From assembly GCA_963663385.2 (NCBI GenBank), contig CAXXXD010000002.1:1184001-1248000 (forward strand): a DNA stretch of 64,000 nucleotides, read 5' to 3'. Numbering within the stretch: the first letter of the stretch is position 1; each line of letters starts with the position of its first letter. Made by a program: the position numbers and the translations under genes. This document shows positions 20,213 to 29,816 of the stretch, one piece after another. Origin of the DNA: Oceanispirochaeta sp. (GTDB lineage: Bacteria > Spirochaetota > Spirochaetia > DSM-2461). The notes under the pieces were generated by a model, which ran no database searches, was not told the DNA's origin, and worked only from the letters and a program-made list of their open reading frames with translations.

Positions 20213-21325
20213 ATGAAGATGAGTATCGGAGTGGATCTGCACAAATCCCAGTTAACAGTCTGTTTCCTGAGTGATGATAGAAGCATTTGTGAATCAGGAA
20301 TGTATCCGACCTCTGAGGACGGTTACAGAGCATTTCTTGAGAAAGCAGTGTCCTATACAGAAGAGGGCCTTGATGTTAGGGCTGCAGTGGAATCAACAGG
20401 AAATGCCCGGTTCTTCCGTAACAAGCTATTGCTAGCAGGGATTGAGGTGGTGGTTGTGAATACACTGAAATTCAAAGTTGTAAATGAATCAGTGAAAAAG
20501 ACGGATAAGCATGATGCCAGAACTCTAGCAGAGTTCTTGGAAAAAGATATGCTTCCCGAATCACAGCTTTGTTCTCAGGAGAGTGAGGATATCCGTAGAG
20601 TTCTTAAATCCAGAACTATCCTTGTTAAATCAGTCGTATCTTTGAAGAATCAGGTTCACGGACTGCTTCTAGGGTATGGAATTGAAACAAAAAGAGCTGC
20701 GCTGCAGAGTAAAAAAGAAAGGCAGCGCATCCTCATCGGTCTCGTGGACCATAGGAGTTTCGGAAGCGCTGCCAAAGCGATAGAACCGCTGCTTTCTACG
20801 ATAGATCAGGTTTCGAACCAGGTCAAGCAGTTAGAGAAAGTCCTGCTGGAACTTGTAAAGGAAGATGAGGATGTACAGTTATTGCAGACGATCCCGGGAG
20901 TCGGATTGATAACGGCATCGACTATTAGGGCCTATACGGATGATATCAAGCGGTACGCCAGTGCCAAGAAGTATTCGGCTTATGCCGGTCTTGTACCATG
21001 GGTGCAGAACTCCAATGAGACGATTCATCATGGGCATATAACAAAGAGAGGGGCTGTAGAACTGAGAACGGCATTTGTTCAGTGTGTTATGGGAATGGTT
21101 AGAACTCGGAAAACGACTGGCAATTACCGTATCATGACGAAGTACAGAGCGATGAAGAAGAACAAGGGCAGCGGCACGAGTATTATCGCCTCTGCAAGAA
21201 AGATGAGTACGGTAGTGTACTCCATATTGAAAACCCGTGAACCCTTTGATCCGTTGAAGATGGTTCCGGATGATAAGTACTTGAAGATGCAGGCGGCTGC
21301 ATTCAATGCCGTAAAAACTGGGTAA
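20213..21325 (+). CDS. IS110-family transposase/recombinase
   Basis: RuvC-like DEDD residues GVDLH, VEST, KTDKHDA; IPGVG; GLVPWVQNS serine motif; GHITKRG; RBS AGGAG before ATG 20213. Confidence 0.95.
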   Translation: MKMSIGVDLHKSQLTVCFLSDDRSICESGMYPTSEDGYRAFLEKAVSYTEEGLDVRAAVESTGNARFFRNKLLLAGIEVVVVNTLKFKVVNESVKKTDKHDARTLAEFLEKDMLPESQLCSQESEDIRRVLKSRTILVKSVVSLKNQVHGLLLGYGIETKRAALQSKKERQRILIGLVDHRSFGSAAKAIEPLLSTIDQVSNQVKQLEKVLLELVKEDEDVQLLQTIPGVGLITASTIRAYTDDIKRYASAKKYSAYAGLVPWVQNSNETIHHGHITKRGAVELRTAFVQCVMGMVRTRKTTGNYRIMTKYRAMKKNKGSGTSIIASARKMSTVVYSILKTREPFDPLKMVPDDKYLKMQAAAFNAVKTG

Positions 21326-21385
21326 TCCGGTTCAATTGTAAGCTTGTTAATAGGCTTATGATTGACTTTTTATAGGAGATAAAAA

Positions 21386-21823
21386 ATGGTTTTAAAATGG
21401 TCATACGATCTGAATCAGATAGACTGGAACGAACTGAAGGAACTCTACCGAGTCGCCCCCCTCAGTACAAAAACTGAGGAAAAACTTAAAATCACTTTCA
21501 AAAACAGCATGTTTAAATGCTTTGCCTACGATGGGGACAAACTGATTGCTGCGGGAAGAGCCCTGGCTGACGGGGCATACTGTTCCTATATTTGCGATAT
21601 AGGAGTACATCCCGATTATCAGGGACGGGGCATCGGCAGAAAAACAGTACAGAATCTGATGGATCAGTCCAGAGGGCATAAAAAGATTCTCCTCTATGCC
21701 AATCCGGGAAAAGAGGGGTTCTATGCAAAGCTCGGATTTAAAAAAATGAATACCGCAATGGCTCTTTTTGAAAACCAGGAGGAGATGATTGTTAAAGGAA
21801 TCCTGTCGGGAGAACAGGAATAG
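21386..21823 (+). CDS. GNAT family N-acetyltransferase
   Basis: VHPDYQGRGIG acetyl-CoA motif; FYAKLGF. Confidence 0.9.
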   Translation: MVLKWSYDLNQIDWNELKELYRVAPLSTKTEEKLKITFKNSMFKCFAYDGDKLIAAGRALADGAYCSYICDIGVHPDYQGRGIGRKTVQNLMDQSRGHKKILLYANPGKEGFYAKLGFKKMNTAMALFENQEEMIVKGILSGEQE

Positions 21824-21836
21824 AGTGGAAAACATC

Positions 21837-21910
21837 ATGAAAAATAAAACAATCCTGATAAAAGTGATAGTCTTTATCTCGGGGATCTTTGTTATGTCTC
21901 TGGGGTTACC
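21837..21910 (+). pseudogene. Possible truncated YczE/YitT-like membrane protein (N-terminal helix only)
   Basis: MKNKTILIKVIVFISGIFVMSLG with an RBS, then the similarity stops. Confidence 0.3.
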
Positions 21911-22005
21911 CTGTCGGTTAAAGCGGATAATTATACTGCGACGGACTTCTGTAATACTAAAATGGGAGTAAACTCTTCCATGGTTGTTATGGGGCTGTAT
22001 ATTAA

Positions 22006-22932
22006 TTATTTACTCCGGATATTATCATTGGCATGATTGATAGACGTTCTGACCGCTTCAATATAACTGCGGATATAATCTTTCTCCAGCGCCGATTTAT
22101 GGTAGACCATTCCGCTTGGAAAATTAGCCCTTCTCATATCGGGGTGTATTTCCTTGAGACCGAACTGTTCGGCAATTAAATGGATGGACTGGGGGAGGGA
22201 TGTCAGGTAATTTGTTGAACTGACCACTTCCAGCAGGTTAATCATGGAACCGCTTGTGTATTTGATCCGCCGCCTGTAGCTGGCGCTGATCTGGTGATCA
22301 TCCGGTTTTTCGGCGGAAACAAGATTACTGTGGGAAAATACGGCAAAGTCATATTCGGCCAGGTCCTGTTCTTTAATATTCTGTTTTGAAAAAACCGGAT
22401 GGTTCCAGTTTGCAAAAAAAGAGAAAAACACATTCATCAGGTGCTCCTGAACAACCCCCTCCATCGGGGTCAGAGAACCGATATCACAGAAAATAATATC
22501 AAACTGCCCCATAAGAAACTGATCATAAAGGGTTTGGGAGTAACCGGTAATAACTTTAATCTGAATATCGGGAAACTCATTGATATACTGCTTTACCGCA
22601 TCGGGGAACACTCCGTACTGCCATACAAGGCCGGAGCCGATACGCAGCTGTTTCAGTTTCCGGTTTTTAAGGTAATCGATCTCCTGTATGGCATAACGGA
22701 ATTCATTCCCCATGGAGCAGACCTGTTTGTAAAGAACGTCCCCGTACTCTGTAATTTCAACTCCCTTGTTTTTACGGATAAACAGGGGGGTATCCAGAAT
22801 ATCCTCCAGGAGTTTGATGCTTCTGGACAGGGCCGGCTGGGATATATGAAGCTGTTCCGATGCCCGGAGGATGGATGATGTTTCTGCCACAGCTTTAAAG
22901 TGTTCCAGGTATCTATGAAGCATATTCCCCAT
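22006..22932 (-). CDS. LysR family transcriptional regulator
   Basis: ASEQLHISQPALSRSIKLLE...LFIR...TEYG; divergent from the tct operon. Confidence 0.92.
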   Translation of the reverse strand: MGNMLHRYLEHFKAVAETSSILRASEQLHISQPALSRSIKLLEDILDTPLFIRKNKGVEITEYGDVLYKQVCSMGNEFRYAIQEIDYLKNRKLKQLRIGSGLVWQYGVFPDAVKQYINEFPDIQIKVITGYSQTLYDQFLMGQFDIIFCDIGSLTPMEGVVQEHLMNVFFSFFANWNHPVFSKQNIKEQDLAEYDFAVFSHSNLVSAEKPDDHQISASYRRRIKYTSGSMINLLEVVSSTNYLTSLPQSIHLIAEQFGLKEIHPDMRRANFPSGMVYHKSALEKDYIRSYIEAVRTSINHANDNIRSK

Positions 22933-23099
22933 CCTTTCTGTTTGCTTAAGGTAATTAACCTTAATGATATAAAAAAAACTTATATCAAGCAAGGATAATT
23001 GTATTAGACAGTATATCAAACCTGGTGTTTAATTAGGTCATATCCTAATTGAATTGCAATTCAGAATCAGGAGCATTAATTTCCAATTAAGGAGTTTTC

Positions 23100-24110
23100 T
23101 TGATGAAATCGAATCGAATCCTAATCCTGCTGATATTACTCGGCTGTCTGATGAGTCCCCTGTTTTCAAATGGTCAGGGAGAAGCTGATTTCCCTAAAAG
23201 ACCGATCCAGAATATCTTTCCCTGGGGACCCGGAGCAACCTATGCCGCCAGTCAGGTCGTGGCAACAGCCATGGGTGAAGAACTTGGTGTTAATATGACT
23301 GTGACTTCAACAACCGGTGCTGCCGGAGTTAAAGCAGCCATGACTGTCATGTCAAAACCCGCCGACGGTTATACCGTTTTCGATGGGTATGTAGCCCCCC
23401 TGATCCTTTCTCCTCTGTTTGGTAAAGCCGATTATACCTTTAAGGACTTCAAACCCCTTTATGGTGTGGCATCCAATGCATTTGCCATTGTTGTCCGCAA
23501 GGATGACGACCGGTTTCCCGATCTGACCAGTCTGATCGAATATGCCAAGTCTCACCCGGGGGAACTGAAATACTGCGCCGGCGGCGAAGTTTCGCTTCCG
23601 CATATGGCAGCGGCATCCCTTTTGAAAAACTCCGGAGCCGTTACACGCCACGTTCCCTATAACGATACGAATGAGGGAATCAAGGATATGCTGGCAGGAG
23701 TCCTGGATTTCGATGTTATGAACTCCGGCGGCTACAATACATTCAAGGATGATGTCCGGATCCTGGCTGTCCTCAGCGATCTTCCCCAGCCCGGGTTTCC
23801 CGGACAGCCTCTTGTAAAGGATTTCGGATACTCAATCGGTCTGGATGGACTGGCGGCTACAGGGTGGACCTGGTGGGTTGTTCATAAGGATACCCCCGAT
23901 GAAATTGTTGATATCCTGAGGAGCAGTCTTAAAAAGGCTCTTGATGATCCTGCTGTTCAGAGCAGGCTTTCCGATATGGGGTATCTGCCCATGCCGACCG
24001 ATATCTACAGCCCTGAAAATTACAATGAAGAGTGTACCCTCATGTCCACCCAGCTGGGATCTGCTCTGGCGGCTATCCAGTGGGAAAAGGATGAAGTCAA
24101 AAAGTACTGA
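23100..24110 (+). CDS. tctC: Tripartite tricarboxylate transporter substrate-binding protein (TctC/Bug)
   Basis: FPKRPI...PWGPG, GAAG, KPADGYT, HVPY, TPDEIV. Confidence 0.88.
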   Translation: MMKSNRILILLILLGCLMSPLFSNGQGEADFPKRPIQNIFPWGPGATYAASQVVATAMGEELGVNMTVTSTTGAAGVKAAMTVMSKPADGYTVFDGYVAPLILSPLFGKADYTFKDFKPLYGVASNAFAIVVRKDDDRFPDLTSLIEYAKSHPGELKYCAGGEVSLPHMAAASLLKNSGAVTRHVPYNDTNEGIKDMLAGVLDFDVMNSGGYNTFKDDVRILAVLSDLPQPGFPGQPLVKDFGYSIGLDGLAATGWTWWVVHKDTPDEIVDILRSSLKKALDDPAVQSRLSDMGYLPMPTDIYSPENYNEECTLMSTQLGSALAAIQWEKDEVKKY

Positions 24111-24179
24111 TTATATTGCATCCGGTCAGTCCGGATAAATCCCGTCCCTCCTCATAAGAAGGGCCGGGATGGAGGAACC

Positions 24180-24686
24180 ATGTATCTATCTCAAAAAATG
24201 AAATCCGAACTGGCGGTAGCCTGGTGTTTTGCCATTCCCGCTTTTATTGCTCTGTTTGAAATCCATACCAAATTTGTTGCTCTGGGAATGCATACCGGCG
24301 GGGGAGAACAGAATGCCGCCCTGTTTCCCCGGCTATTATCCTGCCTGCTCCTTTTTCTTGTTGTCCTGAAAACATTAAGCATTGTTATTGAATCGAAAAA
24401 GAATCCCTGTGCTGTCGGAGAGGCTGTCATTGTATTCGAAAAAGACGGACGCCGGCGTCTGGCTCTGATATTCCTTGTGTTTGTCCTATATTTACTGGGA
24501 CTGAATTTTCTGGGATACTATGCAGCCACCCCCCTGGCGCTTGCCGCCTTTTTTATGATTCTGGGTATCAGGAAGGTCCTGCCCCTGGCGCTCCTGTCTC
24601 TGGGGGTCACCATCGCCGTCTGGTACAGCTTCGGTATCCTGCTGAAGGTTATACTTCCCGTAGGCCGTTTCGGCCTGTACTTTTAA
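24180..24686 (+). CDS. tctB: Tripartite tricarboxylate transporter small membrane subunit
   Basis: 4-5 TM helices, LFPR, C-terminal LKVILPVG; lies between tctC and tctA. Confidence 0.85.
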   Translation: MYLSQKMKSELAVAWCFAIPAFIALFEIHTKFVALGMHTGGGEQNAALFPRLLSCLLLFLVVLKTLSIVIESKKNPCAVGEAVIVFEKDGRRRLALIFLVFVLYLLGLNFLGYYAATPLALAAFFMILGIRKVLPLALLSLGVTIAVWYSFGILLKVILPVGRFGLYF

Positions 24687-24695
24687 GGAGTCTTC

Positions 24696-26225
24696 ATGTT
24701 AAGTGAAATCTTACTGGCCGGAGCTCCTCTGTACTTTGGTCCGGCTCAACTGTTCTTTACCGGACTGGGTGTTTTTATGGGGATCGTTATCGGGATACTC
24801 CCCGGACTGGGGCCTCTGCTGGGTCTGACCCTGCTTACCCCTCTGGCTATGAATATGAACCCCTATACGGGGATGGGCCTGCTGATCGGTATCTTTGTGG
24901 GCGGAACAGCCGGAGGGGCCATCTCGGCTATACTGCTTCGTATCCCGGGTACACCGATTGCCGCCGCTACCCTGCTGGACGGTTATCCTCTTGCGCAGAA
25001 AGGCAGGGCTCCCTTTGCTGTTACCCTGGCTATATCAACATCTGCCATAGGCGGGATTATCGGGGGGATCTATCTGATTTTCTTTTCTCCCCTTCTGGCA
25101 AAGTTCGCTCTGGAGTTTTCTCCTCCCGAATACTTTGCCCTGGCCCTTACAGGAGTTGTCTGTATTGCTGTCGTTTCCAGAGAATCCACAACCAAAGGAC
25201 TGATGGTTGGAAGCCTGGGGCTTCTTCTGTCCACAATAGGAATGGATCCCTTTATGAGTAATTTCCGGTTTACCTTCGGAACCATTGCTCTGGCGGGAGG
25301 CCTTGGGATTGTCCCCATGGTTATCGGACTTTTTGCCATAAGCGAAATGTTTACTCAGGTTGAGAAGGGGGACTTTGACAGTTCTCCCCATCTGAAAGCA
25401 TTTATGCCCCCCGTCAAAGCAATCACGGAAAATTTCAGGCAGGGATTCAACCTTTTCCGTTCCAGTACGCTGGGGACATTTATCGGAGCTCTGCCCGGTG
25501 CAGGATCGGTTATAGCCAGCTTCGTCTCCTATGCGGTGGCAAAAAACAGTTCACGGCATTCTGAGAAATTCGGAACCGGAATCCCGGACGGTATAATCGC
25601 CACCGAATCTGCCAATAATGCCTGCTGCGGGGGAACCCTGATCCCTTCACTGACTCTGGCTCTGCCAGGTGACCCCTGCTCGGCCATGCTTCTGGCTGCG
25701 CTGATGCTGCTCGGGTACATCCCCGGCCCCCGCCTTTTTGTACAGAATCAGGATCTGGTGGGCGGAATCTTTCTTGCCTATATCAGTTCAAATATATTCC
25801 TCCTTCTTCTGGGGCTTCTGTTTCTTCCTCTGTTTGTAAAGGTCCTCAATGTAAAGAAGAAATATCTGATACCCGTTATTCTCATTCTCTGTGCCGTAGG
25901 CTCCTACGGGATGGAGACCTCTGTAAACGATCTCTGGATAACTCTTGCCTTTGGGGTTATCGCCTTTATACTCCAGAAGTTTGATTATCCTCTGGCTCCT
26001 TTTGTTATAGCCAATGTTCTCGGTCCCATTATGGAAGAGAACTTTCGCCGATCATTGATTATGTCCGGAGACGATCCTCTGGTGTTTATTGCCAGACCCA
26101 TTTCCGCATCCATCATTGCGGCGAATATTGTCCTGCTGGTCCTAACCCTTCTTCCTGTCAAGGAGTTTTTTAATCAGAGAAAAGCTCTCAGGACACACTC
26201 TACCAAGGAAAATACAAAACAATGA
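24696..26225 (+). CDS. tctA: Tripartite tricarboxylate transporter permease
   Basis: GILPGLG, AILLRIPGTP, LDGYPLA, ESANNA. Confidence 0.92.
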   Translation: MLSEILLAGAPLYFGPAQLFFTGLGVFMGIVIGILPGLGPLLGLTLLTPLAMNMNPYTGMGLLIGIFVGGTAGGAISAILLRIPGTPIAAATLLDGYPLAQKGRAPFAVTLAISTSAIGGIIGGIYLIFFSPLLAKFALEFSPPEYFALALTGVVCIAVVSRESTTKGLMVGSLGLLLSTIGMDPFMSNFRFTFGTIALAGGLGIVPMVIGLFAISEMFTQVEKGDFDSSPHLKAFMPPVKAITENFRQGFNLFRSSTLGTFIGALPGAGSVIASFVSYAVAKNSSRHSEKFGTGIPDGIIATESANNACCGGTLIPSLTLALPGDPCSAMLLAALMLLGYIPGPRLFVQNQDLVGGIFLAYISSNIFLLLLGLLFLPLFVKVLNVKKKYLIPVILILCAVGSYGMETSVNDLWITLAFGVIAFILQKFDYPLAPFVIANVLGPIMEENFRRSLIMSGDDPLVFIARPISASIIAANIVLLVLTLLPVKEFFNQRKALRTHSTKENTKQ

Positions 26226-27742
26226 AAACAATATATCTTCTTTTTGACTCTCTGAACCGGAAGGCCCTGAGTGCCTACGGTAGCAGCGTCCCTACGCCCA
26301 ATTTTGACAGACTTCAGCAAAAGTCTGTGACATTCAACAACCATTATGCCGGAAGTATGCCCTGTATCCCCGCCAGGAGGGATCAGCAGACCGGCCGTTA
26401 TAACTTCTTTCACAGTGCATGGGGACCAATGGAGCCCTATGATAACTCTCTTCCCCGCATCCTGAGAGAAGAGAAAGGTGTTTACAGCCATATTTCCACA
26501 GATCATGCCCACTATTACGAAGATGGGGGGGCTTTCTATTGTACCAATTTCAATACCTGGGAATTTCACAGAGGTCAGGAATATGATCCCTGGATCCCGG
26601 AGATTCAGCCGGATATGGTTAAACTGCAGAGACAGTATGACCCCAGGCATTATGATTTTGCAAAAGGATCCCGAAGCGGTCATAAACTGCAGTTTGCCAG
26701 GAATAAGAACTACCGGATGAAAGAGGCCGCAGACTTTCCCATGACACGCTGTTTTGATTCGGCTCTGCAGTTTCTGGATATTAACAGAGGAGTGGATAAC
26801 TGGTTTCTGCAGCTTGAGTGCTTTGACCCTCATGAACCCTTTGATGTTCCCCCGGAATATCAGGAGAAATTCCAGCTGGACAAGGAGGCCGTTCTTAACT
26901 GGCCCAACTATGCCCGCCCTGTCGAAAACGAGGAAGAGGTTGAGTATATCCGCCGGATGTATTCTGCTCTGGTGGCTTTTTGTGATGATCAGCTGGGACG
27001 TCTGCTGGATAGAATGGATGCTGATAATATGTGGGAGGATACCGCTCTTATCATGACAACCGATCATGGTTTCCTGCTATCGGAGCACGACTGGTGGGCA
27101 AAGGTTATTATGCCCAATTATCAGGAAATCTCCCATATCCCTCTTATGATTTACCATCCGGACTATAAAGAGAAAGCCGGAGAATTCCGGAACGATACAT
27201 CTTCGGTTATCGATCTGATGCCAACTGTTCTGGACTGGTACGGATGCGAAATCCCCAAAGAAGTTACCGGACACTCCCTGACTCCTGTTTTGAACCGTGA
27301 CAGAGAAGAGGAGCGGGTTGTGAGCTGCGGTGTTTTCGGAGGGACCGCCCTGATTACAGACGGACGGTATGCTTATCATTTATGCCCCGAACACCTGGAC
27401 AGTACCGATCTGTATGAATACCGTATTCATCCCTGTCATATGAGAGGGCAGTTCTCTCTTGAGGAAATGAGGGATACATCCCTGCATGAAGGTTTCAGCT
27501 TTACCAAGGGGATCCCTTTGATGAAAATCAAGGGGCGGGATGATTCGGCGCGTGTTCCCAATCATGATGCTCTGGGATTTCAGGATACGGAAACACGGTT
27601 ATTCGATCTTCTGAATGATCCTGAAGAGCAGAATCCCATACGGAATCCCCAGGTGGTAAATCGGCTGAAAGAGCGGTTCAGGACGATTATGGTGGAGCAT
27701 GACGCCCCGAAAGAGATGTACCGGAGGTTTGCTCTGGACTGA
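26222..27742 (+). CDS. Cys-type (formylglycine-dependent) sulfatase
   Basis: LFDSL, TPNFD, CIPAR (CxPxR), DPHEPF, TTDHG, EH. Confidence 0.9.
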   Translation: MKTIYLLFDSLNRKALSAYGSSVPTPNFDRLQQKSVTFNNHYAGSMPCIPARRDQQTGRYNFFHSAWGPMEPYDNSLPRILREEKGVYSHISTDHAHYYEDGGAFYCTNFNTWEFHRGQEYDPWIPEIQPDMVKLQRQYDPRHYDFAKGSRSGHKLQFARNKNYRMKEAADFPMTRCFDSALQFLDINRGVDNWFLQLECFDPHEPFDVPPEYQEKFQLDKEAVLNWPNYARPVENEEEVEYIRRMYSALVAFCDDQLGRLLDRMDADNMWEDTALIMTTDHGFLLSEHDWWAKVIMPNYQEISHIPLMIYHPDYKEKAGEFRNDTSSVIDLMPTVLDWYGCEIPKEVTGHSLTPVLNRDREEERVVSCGVFGGTALITDGRYAYHLCPEHLDSTDLYEYRIHPCHMRGQFSLEEMRDTSLHEGFSFTKGIPLMKIKGRDDSARVPNHDALGFQDTETRLFDLLNDPEEQNPIRNPQVVNRLKERFRTIMVEHDAPKEMYRRFALD

Positions 27743-27782
27743 TAGTAAGGCCCGGTATACTATTGGAAACAGGGGGAAATCC

Positions 27783-28325
27783 TTGAAACCGATTAATCTG
27801 CTTGAAAAATCAGCAACCCGGAAGACTGCTCTGATTCTGCTGGCCACAACCGCCGTATCAGCCAGCTGCCTTATCACTGGTTTCTATGGGCTGCTGAATC
27901 TTGATCCCGGGGCCACTCTGGATCCTTTAAGCTGTTACGGGAGAGAAATCTTCTACTCCTTTCTGGATATACAGGGGGAAGCGGGCAGGCAGTCCTACCT
28001 GCTCCTCCATCTGGTTGATTACCTGTTTATCACTCAGTTTTATCCCCTCCTGACAATTGCGGTATACAAAGCAGCCGGTAAAACCGGCCGGAGTCGTATT
28101 GTATCCTTTCTGGTCTGGCTTCCCCTTGTTTCTGCTGCCGCGGATCTTATGGAAAATATCCTGATTGATGTAGCCATTCTGCTTTACCCCGGCAGAATAG
28201 AGGTTATGGGTACATTATCAGGGCTGTCTACCTCTTGTAAGATGTACACTATTTATGCTGTGTTTCTGACTATTGCCGTACTGCTTGCACGGAGAGGCAT
28301 TATGGCTATTGTTAAAAGGGAATAG
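27783..28325 (+). CDS. Hypothetical membrane protein
   Basis: TTG start after a purine-rich RBS; about 4 hydrophobic helices; ADLMEN motif. Confidence 0.6.
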   Translation: MKPINLLEKSATRKTALILLATTAVSASCLITGFYGLLNLDPGATLDPLSCYGREIFYSFLDIQGEAGRQSYLLLHLVDYLFITQFYPLLTIAVYKAAGKTGRSRIVSFLVWLPLVSAAADLMENILIDVAILLYPGRIEVMGTLSGLSTSCKMYTIYAVFLTIAVLLARRGIMAIVKRE

Positions 28326-28334
28326 TGTTTCCCT

Positions 28335-28802
28335 TTAAACCAGATCGCATATTTCCGCATCTATCAGATCGGCAAGGGCATCCGCTTTAAGATTTACCTG
28401 CAGCCCCCGGACTCCGGCGCTGACAAAAATGCTCTCGTACAGAAGGCAGGTTTCATCAATAAAAGCAGGGTAGTGCTTTTTCATCCCTATGGGAGAACAG
28501 CCGCCTCTGATATAGCCGGTAAGGGATAGAATCTCTTTTACGGGAATAAGGTCCACCTTTTTAAAACCGGCGGTCTTCGCAGCCTTTTTCAGATCCAGTT
28601 CACAGGCCCCCGGGATAACGCAGACGAATATCTCATTTGTATTACTCCGCAGAACCAGGGTTTTGAATATGCGGTCTATATCGAGTCCGGTTTTAGACGC
28701 AACCGCAACCGCGCTCAGATCGGATTCGTCCACTTCGTAACTTTCAATTTCAAAAGGAACTTTTTTCTGTTCCAGTATTCTAACGGCGTTTGTCTTTTCC
28801 AT
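28335..28802 (-). CDS. ybaK: Cys-tRNA(Pro) deacylase
   Basis: KTNAVR, IFKTLV, LDLKK, TGYIRGGCSPIG, SAGVRG. Confidence 0.93.
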   Translation of the reverse strand: MEKTNAVRILEQKKVPFEIESYEVDESDLSAVAVASKTGLDIDRIFKTLVLRSNTNEIFVCVIPGACELDLKKAAKTAGFKKVDLIPVKEILSLTGYIRGGCSPIGMKKHYPAFIDETCLLYESIFVSAGVRGLQVNLKADALADLIDAEICDLV

Positions 28803-28849
28803 GAATGGATTGTATCGGTTCCATTCGAAAAAGTCCAAAAACTTTTAAT

Positions 28850-29065
28850 TCAGTTTTTTGTAAAACTCTTATCCATGGTCTCCCTGGATTTTACCGTTTT
28901 ACAGGTTTCACAGAAGAAACTGACCGATCCGCAGCTGGAAATTACCTCCGGTGTGCTTCCGCATTTTTCACAGGTAAAGCTAATCTCCCAGCTTGTTCCG
29001 CATCCGCTGCAGGTATAGCTGTTTCCCGCACCATTGAGTTTCCCTTTGCATTCAGGACAATCCAT
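28850..29065 (-). CDS. YfgJ-like double zinc-ribbon protein
   Basis: CPEC, CSGC, CEKC, SCG, FCETC...SR pattern. Confidence 0.75.
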   Translation of the reverse strand: MDCPECKGKLNGAGNSYTCSGCGTSWEISFTCEKCGSTPEVISSCGSVSFFCETCKTVKSRETMDKSFTKN

Positions 29066-29149
29066 TTTTTATCTCCTGCTGATTAACATATGTTACTAAA
29101 ATACTCATTTATCTCTCTACAGGAAACTTTAACTTATCAATATTTGTAC

Positions 29150-29177
29150 TTGACAAAATGTAACCAATTGGTAACAT
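29150..29177 (+). promoter_or_regulatory. sigma70 promoter overlapped by a TetR operator
   Basis: TTGACA (29150)-N16-TAACAT (29172); palindrome ATGTAACCAATTGGTAACAT at 29158-29177. Confidence 0.65.
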
Positions 29178-29765
29178 ATGGGTATGCACGACAGGAAGGC
29201 AACAGAAGACGCCATAATTACAGCCGTTGACAACCTTATCAGCAGGAAAGGATTTGTCGGGCTGGGGATTAACGCCATCGCCAGGGAAGCGGGTATTTCC
29301 AAAGTTCTGATCTACCGCTACTTCGGGGATTTTGATGGTCTGCTGGAAGCATGGGCATTAAAGAACAGTTACTGGCTGTCCATGGATACGACGATTCTGA
29401 AGGCCGGGAGCCTTTCGAAAAGTGTACAGGATGCCGTTCTTGGTATGTCGAAGGATCTGATGAATCAGCCTGTAAAGCGGGAGGTTCTCAGATGGCTTCT
29501 GTCAGAAGAGAGTCAGGCGGGAACCCGGGTTATGGAAAAACTGGAGGAACGGGGTGTTCAGCTGACAGAGAATTTTATAAAAGAGAATAATATTTCCCCT
29601 GATCTGGATATGGAAGCCCTGTTCGCCGTTCTTACGGCGGGGATAAACTACCTGGCTCTCCTAAGCGACAGAGCCGATGTATACAATGGTATTTCCCTTC
29701 AGGGAGAGGACGGTTGGGAGCGGATTGCCCTTTGTCTATCTGAGTTAATGAATAATCGGAAGTAA
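29178..29765 (+). CDS. TetR/AcrR family transcriptional regulator (start may be 29184)
   Basis: GINAIAREAGISKVLIYRYFG HTH. Confidence 0.92.
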   Translation: MGMHDRKATEDAIITAVDNLISRKGFVGLGINAIAREAGISKVLIYRYFGDFDGLLEAWALKNSYWLSMDTTILKAGSLSKSVQDAVLGMSKDLMNQPVKREVLRWLLSEESQAGTRVMEKLEERGVQLTENFIKENNISPDLDMEALFAVLTAGINYLALLSDRADVYNGISLQGEDGWERIALCLSELMNNRK

Positions 29766-29788
29766 CCGATTTATATTTTTTTATCAGA

Positions 29789-29808
29789 ATGTTACCAATA
29801 GGTAACAT
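29789..29808. promoter_or_regulatory. Second TetR operator
   Basis: ATGTTACCAATAGGTAACAT, 18/20 identical to the site at 29158, just before the RBS of the next gene. Confidence 0.7.
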
Positions 29809-29816
29809 CGGGAGGT

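Larger units (their letters stand above)
19998..21378 (+). mobile_element. IS110-family insertion sequence with subterminal inverted repeats (IS1111-like ends), 1381 bp
   Basis: Core AGGAG at both junctions (19993-19997, 21374-21378); perfect 10-bp subterminal IR ATAAAAAGTC (20003-20012) / GACTTTTTAT (21364-21373); transposase inside. Confidence 0.88.
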
